A DNA stretch of 64,000 nt from IMG/VR virus record IMGVR_UViG_3300042197_002243. One strand, written 5' to 3'. Below, piece by piece: positions 56,493 to 64,000 of this stretch. The position numbers and the translations under genes are program-made. The number at the start of each line of letters is the position of its first letter. The stretch's first letter is position 1. Below the pieces are notes generated by a model. It saw only the letters and a list, made by a program, of their open reading frames with translations. It was not told the origin of the DNA and searched no databases. This stretch comes from a virus.

Positions 56493-56924
56493 TTAGATAT
56501 AATCTTTTCTTTGATGATGTTGAGGAACGATTTTTTTCAATTCAATTGAAAGAAGTCCATCTTCGAATTTAACTTCTTTGACTTCTGTATCATCTGCGAT
56601 TGTCCATGCTCTCTGGAAACTTCTTTGAGCCACTCCTCGATGGATGTAGTTGGATTCAGAGGATTTATCCTCCTTTTGCCCTTCAACAAAAAGTTTTCCA
56701 TACTCGGTGTACACATGAACTTCCTCCTTCTTAAATCCAGCAAGTGCAAGTTCTAAACGTGATTCTACATTGCTTACTTGAACAAGATTGTATGGGGGAT
56801 AATTTGAATTTGATTCAAAGTTAAACAGACGATCAAGATACTCGTCCATACCAATACTATTGCGAGTGATCTTATCCATCAGTGCAGGAAGATCCGCAGC
56901 AGTGTAACGTGTAAGGTTAGTCAT
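56493..56924 (-). CDS. hsp20: Small heat-shock protein
   Basis: YPPYN, ALAGF, HRG.A.RSF and F.DGLL motifs. Confidence 0.95.
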   Translation of the reverse strand: MTNLTRYTAADLPALMDKITRNSIGMDEYLDRLFNFESNSNYPPYNLVQVSNVESRLELALAGFKKEEVHVYTEYGKLFVEGQKEDKSSESNYIHRGVAQRSFQRAWTIADDTEVKEVKFEDGLLSIELKKIVPQHHQRKDYI

Positions 56925-56990
56925 TATGGTAGCTCCTTTAAAAGCGAGTTTGTGTTTTGTGGACCCTTGCGGCATCCACTACTAATTATA
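56925..56990 (-). promoter_or_regulatory. hsp20 leader with ROSE-like SD-occluding hairpin
   Basis: -10 TATAAT; 5' GCAA-loop hairpin; CUCGCUUUUAAAGGAG. Confidence 0.55.
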
Positions 56991-57031
56991 CAACAATCAC
57001 AAAAAAGGGGAGTGTTGAACTCCCCACAAAA

Positions 57032-57475
57032 TTATTCGGTTTCTTCAACCACCGATTTCTTTTTACCAATATTATATTTCTGTTCCAGAATCCACTCACT
57101 CTTATCTCTATGTGCAATTACTTTGATTTGATTCAAAGGAGCAATGTCTTGGACCAAATCTTCGTTAATAATAGTGATTAATCCCCAATCGCCAAGTAAA
57201 CGTACAATTCGATTGCGGCGCTGAACGTCGTTTACGGTAAGATTTGCATATTTGCCATCTAAAGCAAATAATTCCTTAAAGTGAACGATATAATACTTTC
57301 CTTGTTTATGTAAAATGTGACAACTTTGGTAGAGTTTTTTCTCTTTTCTTGATGCCACTCCGATACGAGTCAAGGTTTCCCGTACCTTTAGAAAATCGTC
57401 AGGTTCGTTTAAAAGGACTTCTACCATCATATGAGGAGCCCAATTTACCTGAGGTTCAGTTGTTTGGTTTGCCAT
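57032..57475 (-). CDS. regA: Translational repressor
   Basis: DDFLKVRETLTRIG and LYQSCHILHKQG.YYIVHFKE motifs. Confidence 0.96.
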   Translation of the reverse strand: MANQTTEPQVNWAPHMMVEVLLNEPDDFLKVRETLTRIGVASRKEKKLYQSCHILHKQGKYYIVHFKELFALDGKYANLTVNDVQRRNRIVRLLGDWGLITIINEDLVQDIAPLNQIKVIAHRDKSEWILEQKYNIGKKKSVVEETE

Positions 57476-57839
57476 TGTTTCCACCAGTTTCAAGTCGTTT
57501 TTTTATGAAGTCGATTTGTTGTTTGGATAAAATCTTCAAAACTTGAGATGCTTTTTCATTACTATAACCATAGTACTGCTTAACGCATTCTAAATCTTTG
57601 ATATTATCTTTTCGGATCCAAGGAGAGAATCTCTTTTTTTTCCTTAGACTATTTAGATAAAAGGAATATTGTAGATTTTTATCAAGATGATGATTCATGT
57701 TCATTTCATTTGCAAACATGATGCAATCAATATGTCCAGATAAACATCTATTGATAATATATGGTGGATAAGATTTTATCTCTTCGGATAAATCTTCTTT
57801 TGTAAAGTTAATTGAATTTAACCAGTCTTTGAGTTCCAT
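57456..57839 (-). CDS. gp62: Clamp loader small subunit
   Basis: YPPYIINR.LS, KKRFSPW and YYGYS..KA motifs. Confidence 0.92.
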   Translation of the reverse strand: MELKDWLNSINFTKEDLSEEIKSYPPYIINRCLSGHIDCIMFANEMNMNHHLDKNLQYSFYLNSLRKKKRFSPWIRKDNIKDLECVKQYYGYSNEKASQVLKILSKQQIDFIKKRLETGGNNGKPNN

Positions 57840-57982
57840 TATTTAAATTTTGCAGTTACAGCAATTACTTTTGCATTGGGATTACGAGCAAGAGCGACTT
57901 CTTTTGCTTCTTTATAATCTTTGGCAATTACAGTCTCATAAAAAACCGTGCCAGCAACATAGAGTTGGACTTCACATTTCAT
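57839..57982 (-). CDS. 47-aa hypothetical protein (MKCEVQLYVAGTVF...ARNPNAKV)
   Basis: Coupled to both neighbours; absent from the ORF track. Confidence 0.65.
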   Translation of the reverse strand: MKCEVQLYVAGTVFYETVIAKDYKEAKEVALARNPNAKVIAVTAKFK

Positions 57983-59094
57983 CGGATAATTTGAATTTCA
58001 TCGTCGTCCGTCCAGAGTTCGACCTTAGTTCTGAATCTATTTTCTATTTTTAGTTTTTCATATCGTTTTGCTGATTTCTTCTTCCACCAAGAAATAATAT
58101 TTTCTACATAAAACTTATCCCAATTTAAACCACGAAGAAGTTCTTTCTGTTCGCCAAGAATTACTTCTCTAACATTTGAATAACCATAATCGCAGATATA
58201 AAATCTTTTCTTTTGAGTTAATGCAAATGCGGCGCCAATTACAGAATTAAATTCAGCAAGTTTTTGTTTATCTTGAAGTGAATTGCGAATAATAGAAATC
58301 ATCTTTGTCTGGCGCTTCATCTTTTTGGATGAAGCTTTGTTATCCGTCAATGGAGTATTATTATTCAATAAAGTAAATCTGTCATGCAACTTATGGAATA
58401 CCTCATCATGAAGAAGCGGAAGAAATTTACTTTCTGTCAATCCCTTGTACCGCATAAAAGGTTTTAGACCATCATACTGAGATGCATCTGTTGTGGATCC
58501 ATAAAGAGATGTAGTCTCAAACAAAGCAATATCCTTCTCAAATACCTCATTTAGAGACTCTCTCGCAAGATGTGAACAACAAAGAAGGGCAAGAAGTTTA
58601 CCACCAAGATAATTATATCCAAAAGGTTGCGATGGGACAATTACAAATCCCATAGCTGCATGTCTATTAAAGATAGTAAGATCTGGTGACTTACCCAACC
58701 ATTCATTTCTAGGTTTTGAATTGATTGTGGGTGAACCAAAACGAATAAATCCAAGAACTTTTTTGGTGTTCTTTTCAAACACCATCCAACGCAATTCACG
58801 TCCTGGAATATTTGCTTCATTATTATGCGAAGAAACTGCTCTCAGAAGATTGACATAATGTTCTTGAGGGACCGCATTTTGAAATCGAGTACCAACAAAC
58901 TTAATATCAAAATCCATGTCTTCAGGATGAACATCTTCATTAAAAAATTCATCGTGCAGTGATACAAGAGAACTTGTAGATGCAATCACTTCCTTTTTTA
59001 CAAATCTCAAATAGTCTTCAATGTTAGACATATGAGAAAAATATTCAATAAACTCATTTGCAGCCCAAACTGCATCACTTTCACTAACAATCAT
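57979..59094 (-). CDS. DUF4338/DruA-like protein
   Basis: P.QPFGYNYLGGKLLAL and TTSLYG...SQY motifs. Confidence 0.65.
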   Translation of the reverse strand: MIVSESDAVWAANEFIEYFSHMSNIEDYLRFVKKEVIASTSSLVSLHDEFFNEDVHPEDMDFDIKFVGTRFQNAVPQEHYVNLLRAVSSHNNEANIPGRELRWMVFEKNTKKVLGFIRFGSPTINSKPRNEWLGKSPDLTIFNRHAAMGFVIVPSQPFGYNYLGGKLLALLCCSHLARESLNEVFEKDIALFETTSLYGSTTDASQYDGLKPFMRYKGLTESKFLPLLHDEVFHKLHDRFTLLNNNTPLTDNKASSKKMKRQTKMISIIRNSLQDKQKLAEFNSVIGAAFALTQKKRFYICDYGYSNVREVILGEQKELLRGLNWDKFYVENIISWWKKKSAKRYEKLKIENRFRTKVELWTDDDEIQIIR

Positions 59095-60041
59095 TTGAAT
59101 TCACATTCAACCATAATTTCAGTTAACGCTGCAAGCAAATTAATCTCTTGATCTGCTACGAAAGCAATCTGATATTGGTATTTAGCTATGATCAAAACAG
59201 CAGCAGGAATAGAACTAGGAACAAGAAACTCGTAAGATGAGTCATAAATGCGACGAAGCAGATCAGAAGAATCGTTGTCCAAATTATTGACCACCCATTT
59301 ACGAACTTCGGGAAAGTTTTTTTCTTTAAGGTTTTTAATAAGTTCATTGACGGAAACATCAGAAAAAGATGCAAGAATTGCTGAGTCTATTTTACCATTA
59401 GATGCATATCTCTGACACTCATTCAATACACGACGCCAATCTGGAAAGTGCTTATTGATCAATTCAATCAAAACTTTTTGATCAAATTCTACACCTTCGG
59501 TTTGAAGGATTTCTTGAAGGCGGTTATAAAAACCTGCAGCAAGTTTGGCTTTGTCTTTTCCTTTGATTCCAAATTCAACGACTGCACATCGGGAGTGAAG
59601 TGGCTCGATGATTTTGTTTTTGTAGTTGCAGGTGAAGATGAATCTACAATTCTTACTAAATTCCTCAATAGACGCCCGTAAAAGGAGTTGAACATCTGAG
59701 GTTGTGTTATCTGCCTCATCAATGATGATGACTTTGTGTTTAGCAGTTGACGAAAGCGATACGGTCGAAGCAAAGTTTTTCGCATTGTTTCTGACAGTAT
59801 CAAGGAATCTACCCTCGTCGGATCCATTGATGACATAAAAGTCTACTCCCAATTCATTACAGAGTGCCTTAGCAACTGTGGTCTTTCCAATACCAGGAGG
59901 ACCAGCAAGAAGCATATTTGGAATTTCACCCTTATTTAGAAAGTCGCTAAAGGTTTTCTTAATACTTTCGGGAAGAATACATTCTTCAATTGTTTTGGGA
60001 CGATACTTTTCAACCCAAATAAAATCGCTGTTCATAATCAA
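59091..60041 (-). CDS. gp44: Clamp loader large subunit
   Basis: WVEKYRP, GPPGIGKTT, DEAD and SRC motifs. Confidence 0.97.
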   Translation of the reverse strand: MIMNSDFIWVEKYRPKTIEECILPESIKKTFSDFLNKGEIPNMLLAGPPGIGKTTVAKALCNELGVDFYVINGSDEGRFLDTVRNNAKNFASTVSLSSTAKHKVIIIDEADNTTSDVQLLLRASIEEFSKNCRFIFTCNYKNKIIEPLHSRCAVVEFGIKGKDKAKLAAGFYNRLQEILQTEGVEFDQKVLIELINKHFPDWRRVLNECQRYASNGKIDSAILASFSDVSVNELIKNLKEKNFPEVRKWVVNNLDNDSSDLLRRIYDSSYEFLVPSSIPAAVLIIAKYQYQIAFVADQEINLLAALTEIMVECEFK

Positions 60042-60295
60042 AAAAAGAAAATCTCAATAAGCTTTGCTAGTTCTATGATAGCAAAAAAACTACGAATAGT
60101 CATCATGTCCCACATCCTCACTTTGTAAAAATATGGAAATGATAATAGATTTCCAAACAATCTAAAATAAATTCCAAGTTGTACACTATTAAAAAGAATT
60201 ACTGCATATCCTATAATAAAAAATGTATTACCAACAATTCGCAACCAACTTAATCTTGGATATTGTGGGTGTATGAATTTATCTGTTGAACTCAT
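60038..60295 (-). CDS. Small multi-TM membrane protein
   Basis: Similar to 31804-32037 (LR..GN..FI.GY, P.....WD). Confidence 0.65.
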   Translation of the reverse strand: MSSTDKFIHPQYPRLSWLRIVGNTFFIIGYAVILFNSVQLGIYFRLFGNLLSFPYFYKVRMWDMMTIRSFFAIIELAKLIEIFFF

Positions 60296-60296
60296 T

Positions 60297-60806
60297 TTAA
60301 ATCCATTCTGGCTTTCGTTGTGGCATACGAAGATAATTAGTTGCAACCCAAGGTTTAGATGCAATATACATCTTATAAGCAGTAAAAGTGTCAATGCTAG
60401 TATCATATTTCCACTCTTCAGGCATTGCTCTTGCGAATGGCGTTACGTTAGTAAGTTTTCCTTTAGGAAACAAATAATATGACTCTACAAGTGCATTTTG
60501 ACATGCATGTATTTTATTATAGCGCAAAGTGTATTCATCACACAAGTTCAATCCCCACTTAATAAGCCAATAGGCATTATCAATTGTCTTTGCTGCCCAT
60601 TGTGTACATGGGTGATTGCGAAACGCACCCTTTGCAGTTGAATATGGATTGCCATCAGTTTTATGAATTTCTCCATAATTGTGATACCACTTGGATGCCA
60701 CGATAGAAAGCATCTGACAGCACTCAAGTGGCATTTTAACTATGTGTTTGTCTGGAAGACAAATTGCACTTTCTGCAGGAAAAGGACTGGTTACAAAAAT
60801 GTTCAT
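60297..60806 (-). CDS. Pyrimidine-dimer DNA glycosylase-like protein
   Basis: MNIF, DKHIVKM.LE..QMLS, NHPCT.W and F..AMP motifs. Confidence 0.75.
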   Translation of the reverse strand: MNIFVTSPFPAESAICLPDKHIVKMPLECCQMLSIVASKWYHNYGEIHKTDGNPYSTAKGAFRNHPCTQWAAKTIDNAYWLIKWGLNLCDEYTLRYNKIHACQNALVESYYLFPKGKLTNVTPFARAMPEEWKYDTSIDTFTAYKMYIASKPWVATNYLRMPQRKPEWI

Positions 60807-61495
60807 CCAAAAGTAGAATCGGGTTCAAGAGCTACATAATAGCAGAGATCGTGATTGGTACTAGTAAAGCGCGACAAAAGTTTAGAAGAGACAACCACTT
60901 CATACGAACCAGGAAGAATCTTAATGTTCTCCACTTTAAAGTTAAATACAAAGTTATCGTCAGTTTCACCAACTACGATTGAGAAATCGTTAGATGTATC
61001 GTTCTTTTTATCACGTACAACCAACTTGACTACACCTGCCTCACCAATTGCAGAAAGATCTGGAAGTTGGTACACAGCAGCTGCCTTCAGGAGTTTATCC
61101 AGTTCCTTAGTATCAAGAACAAAACAAACATCTTCAGTGGGAAGATTGATAGACTTGTCGGGAGGAACAACAATTACATTTGGATCTGCAAAGAAATACT
61201 TGGAACGAGATTTACCTTCACGAATCACAACATAGTTATCATTCTGAAAATCGAGTTCCGCACTTTGATGAAGTGACAGACCATTCAGAAACTGGTTAAG
61301 ATCATAGATACCAAAGTCTTTGGGAAATTCTTCTTCGATTGTTGCTTCTGCGAGAATATTTTTCATCACAGAAATAGTACGAAGTTGTTTACCTTCCTTA
61401 ATCAGAATCGACTGATTGATATTCGAAAAGTTTTTCAGAAGGTTTACAGTTTTGTCAGAGAGTTTCATAGTTTTGTCTTTCAGTTTCATGATCAA
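60803..61495 (-). CDS. gp45: Sliding clamp
   Basis: LKNFS.INQSI, FGIYDLNQFL and Y.VALE motifs. Confidence 0.95.
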   Translation of the reverse strand: MIMKLKDKTMKLSDKTVNLLKNFSNINQSILIKEGKQLRTISVMKNILAEATIEEEFPKDFGIYDLNQFLNGLSLHQSAELDFQNDNYVVIREGKSRSKYFFADPNVIVVPPDKSINLPTEDVCFVLDTKELDKLLKAAAVYQLPDLSAIGEAGVVKLVVRDKKNDTSNDFSIVVGETDDNFVFNFKVENIKILPGSYEVVVSSKLLSRFTSTNHDLCYYVALEPDSTFG

Positions 61496-61899
61496 CGAAA
61501 TTCAGTAAGTCCATTATCTTTACGAGAATAATGTCCATCGAAGTGAAGCAGTAGCATAGCATAGTGAATGACTTTCATCAAGTCGCGTTTATTACGTCCG
61601 TCTTTATCACCATAACGGCTTCCATACTTAAGAATATTTGCCTGACAGAAAGACACTGCTAGATCTTTTGCTGCCATCAGATCAATAGTCTGAATATCAT
61701 CTTGATTGTGACCACAATAGTGACTGCCATAAGTACTGGTCACATAGTCCTGAATGTCTTTCAGGATTTTATCTTCATTGTATTTCCAAAGATTGTTTTT
61801 GGTTTCACTCATAACGGGGGTTTTTGTCAAATTAAGCATTCCCGTCTCTTCATTTTGAGACAGGGTGAATTGGTATTCAGAATAAGGATACTCGTCCAT
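61492..61899 (-). CDS. Conserved cyanophage protein (DUF3310-like)
   Basis: KYNED.IL, TY..HY, NILKY.SRYG.K and D..K.IHYA; the real start is downstream of the ORF-track start. Confidence 0.7.
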   Translation of the reverse strand: MDEYPYSEYQFTLSQNEETGMLNLTKTPVMSETKNNLWKYNEDKILKDIQDYVTSTYGSHYCGHNQDDIQTIDLMAAKDLAVSFCQANILKYGSRYGDKDGRNKRDLMKVIHYAMLLLHFDGHYSRKDNGLTEFR

Positions 61900-61939
61900 A
61901 ATAAAAGGGAAGGGCCATAATTTACCTTCCCCAATTATA

Positions 61940-63070
61940 TCAGAAAGGAGCGGGTTGGTCAATGTGTGGGAGAACTTCATTTGAGACTTCGGTAGGCATC
62001 TGAAAGTCAGCATCCACTTTATCGTAGAGTTCAATAAAAGCCATCTTCGTCTCATCATCAAATCTTGACGTACAAACATCAATTGCTTTTGCCTTGTTAC
62101 CAAAGATGCTGTAAGCACGAATGATATGAACCAAGCGGCGGGTGCTGATGATTTCTTCAATGCCACCATCATAGAATGTCTTACGAATGATATCAGCCCA
62201 ATCTGCAAGTCGCTCACAGAAAGCAAAGTCATCGACACCAACAGATTTAGCAACACCTTGCAAAATGCGACACTCAATTTTAGCAGTGGGATATTCCTGC
62301 TCCAGAGTCACAGGAAAACGCTCAAGGAATGCTTCGTTGAGCACGTTGGTGCCGATAAAGCGACCGTCGTCAGAACCTTTGCCCTTAGTGTTTGCGGTGG
62401 CAACAACGTTGAAACCTGCGGCAGGTTTCACAAAGCGACCAATCTTTTTCAGGAAGACACCCTTACCTTCCAGAACAGATTGCAGGCACAGAATCTTATT
62501 AGAAGCAAGGTCGATTTCATCTAGCAGCAGGACAGTGCCGCGCTCCAGTGCTTCAATCACAGGGCCGTTATGCCAAACAGTTTCACCATTGACCAGACGG
62601 AAACCGCCGATCAGATCATCCTCATCAGTCTCGATGGTAATGTTTACACGAATTAGTTCGCGCTTAAGTTGGGCACATGCTTGCTCAACACTGAACGTTT
62701 TACCATTACCCGAAAGACCCGTAATGAACGTAGGATAGAAAAGACGGGATTCAATAATTTTTTTAATATCGTTGAAATTACCAAACTTGACGAAGGTATC
62801 ATCTTTATCGGGAATAAGGTTTTGTTCCACAGGAGGGATTACAGCGGGAGCTTGGAAAGTGCGTTCAATTTCATCAACTTTTTGTTGAGTGACTTCCAAA
62901 TTCCACTTACCACGACCAACTTTGAACTGATCTAGACGCTTGGTAACAGTCGGGTATGAAACTCCTTTTGATGCACAAAAACCGCGAACATCAGCAGCGG
63001 TAAATTCTACACCAAAAGTAGTTTTGAGATCGGCAAGAATTTGGTCGTCGGTCATTTGAATGCGGGACAT
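61940..63070 (-). CDS. cobS: CobS/MoxR-like AAA+ ATPase
   Basis: GLSGNGKT, LLDEID, ATANTKG and NEAFLERF motifs. Confidence 0.9.
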   Translation of the reverse strand: MSRIQMTDDQILADLKTTFGVEFTAADVRGFCASKGVSYPTVTKRLDQFKVGRGKWNLEVTQQKVDEIERTFQAPAVIPPVEQNLIPDKDDTFVKFGNFNDIKKIIESRLFYPTFITGLSGNGKTFSVEQACAQLKRELIRVNITIETDEDDLIGGFRLVNGETVWHNGPVIEALERGTVLLLDEIDLASNKILCLQSVLEGKGVFLKKIGRFVKPAAGFNVVATANTKGKGSDDGRFIGTNVLNEAFLERFPVTLEQEYPTAKIECRILQGVAKSVGVDDFAFCERLADWADIIRKTFYDGGIEEIISTRRLVHIIRAYSIFGNKAKAIDVCTSRFDDETKMAFIELYDKVDADFQMPTEVSNEVLPHIDQPAPF

Positions 63071-63093
63071 GATGTGTGTTTTTCACTGAAGCC

Positions 63094-63130
63094 ATTATAA
63101 GGGCAGAGTGAGGCAGAGTTGGGGCAGAGT
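63094..63130 (-). promoter_or_regulatory. Three ACTCTGCC direct repeats abutting a TATAAT -10 box
   Basis: Plus strand GGCAGAGT at 63102, 63112 and 63123; no TTGACA. Confidence 0.65.
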
Positions 63131-63132
63131 GG

Positions 63133-63318
63133 TCAGTTGGCCAACTGGTTTCTCAACTCATTCAGATAATTCTCACTCGCAATATGAGTAGTGTATCCTG
63201 GATAGAATTGTTTGACGATAGTCCCAATCCCCATCGCAGTGATTGCACTATCACATTTTACCCATACTTCTTTTGTATCAGATTTGACTACGTGGTCAAA
63301 TGGGAATTTAGATTTCAT
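63133..63318 (-). CDS. Hypothetical protein
   Basis: VW..CDSAITAMG and YPGY. Confidence 0.65.
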   Translation of the reverse strand: MKSKFPFDHVVKSDTKEVWVKCDSAITAMGIGTIVKQFYPGYTTHIASENYLNELRNQLAN

Positions 63319-63827
63319 TTTTCAACTGTAAATGTTTTGTTCTTAACTTTGGTATCAAACTCACCAGTTCTACCAGGTTTCATACTTCCTATTTTAACAT
63401 TCTTTCCCTTTCCAGGCCAAGAAGTTTTTGAAGTTCCTTTAAGAGTTGATTCTCCACCTTTTTTGCGTTGAATCAATACAGAGTCTTGGTCATACTTTTT
63501 ACCAAGTTTTTCAATTGCTTTTTTAAACTTTCTCTTACCTTTCTTACCAGGAGTAATGATATGAGATTTTTCACCCACTTTCTTTTCTTGCGAAGTTCCA
63601 GGATTTTCTGTATATCGTCCAGAAACTTTGGTAGGTCCAGGAAGACCAGCACCCCTTACATCTTTTTCAAGTTGCTTTGAGCGGGCTTTGTTTTCTTTTT
63701 TAGATTTATCCCCCCTCTGGGCAGACATAATTGCCATTCCACCTTTTTGAGACTTTCTCATTACTCTCGTAAGAGAAGTCTCTTGAATAGAATAACATTC
63801 TACCATAAATTCTTGGAAAGTTTTCAT
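63315..63827 (-). CDS. Basic hypothetical protein
   Basis: MKTFQEF, E.SL.R, SA.RG and LGKKY.QDSVL motifs. Confidence 0.7.
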   Translation of the reverse strand: MKTFQEFMVECYSIQETSLTRVMRKSQKGGMAIMSAQRGDKSKKENKARSKQLEKDVRGAGLPGPTKVSGRYTENPGTSQEKKVGEKSHIITPGKKGKRKFKKAIEKLGKKYDQDSVLIQRKKGGESTLKGTSKTSWPGKGKNVKIGSMKPGRTGEFDTKVKNKTFTVEK

Positions 63828-64000
63828 ACGACCAAAGAGATGAACTCGCCCAATACTTTTTTATTTAGTTTTTTAGTTTTAAGAGATTTAATGAATGCAG
63901 ATTTAATTTCAGATTTAGTTGCAGCATCATCAACATTGAATTCAGAATTTTGAGAAAGTGCAGTTGCAGACATTCCAAAGTATGCATCATATCCAGATTT
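63824..64000 (-). CDS. C-terminus of a probable CobT-like/peptidase partner of CobS (partial)
   Basis: ...GYDAYFG...ATKSEIKSAF.KSLK.KK.NKKVLGEFISLVV*; truncated by the window edge. Confidence 0.6.
   Translation of the reverse strand, partial: KSGYDAYFGMSATALSQNSEFNVDDAATKSEIKSAFIKSLKTKKLNKKVLGEFISLVV

Noticed and set aside
61900-62277. N-terminal extension of the 261-aa ORF overlapping cobS; similar extensions on the prx, 39210, 60038 and 34331 ORFs
   Set aside because: ORF-caller artefacts; downstream starts fit better with promoters and neighbouring genes.

Overview
A 64-kb fragment of a T4-like cyanophage (Kyanoviridae-type myovirus; a freshwater picocyanobacterial host is plausible but inferred). 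The first four genes (gp4, gp2-like, gp48, gp53) are on the + strand and nearly everything else is on the - strand. The window holds the T4-like replication and nucleotide-metabolism core (gp32, gp59, gp33, phoH, thyX, nrdAB, gp61, mazG, gp41, uvsX, gp43, regA, gp62, gp44, gp45, cobS) and photosynthesis/stress genes (psbA, psbD, 2 hli, prx, dps, hsp20, speD). It also has several free-standing homing endonucleases, 9 tRNAs and an 11-kb, 11-gene glycan-synthesis island. Top finding: a complete dnaX-style programmed -1 frameshift signal (internal SD, A_AAA_AAG, 7-nt spacer, hairpin) that would fuse a C39-like peptidase to a GH24 lysozyme. Second: an unannotated nitrogen-sensing micro-operon (NtcA box, glnA-type glutamine riboswitch, DUF4278 peptide and two further peptides) that mirrors the host gifB circuit. 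Also noted: RpaB/HLR1 boxes in photosynthesis-gene promoters, a repeated UGGYG hairpin RNA element interleaved with genes, an unidentified structured RNA between two tRNAs, a ROSE-like thermometer before hsp20, and a late-promoter-in-hairpin switch for an HNH nuclease. All calls come from reading motifs by eye; no database searches were run.
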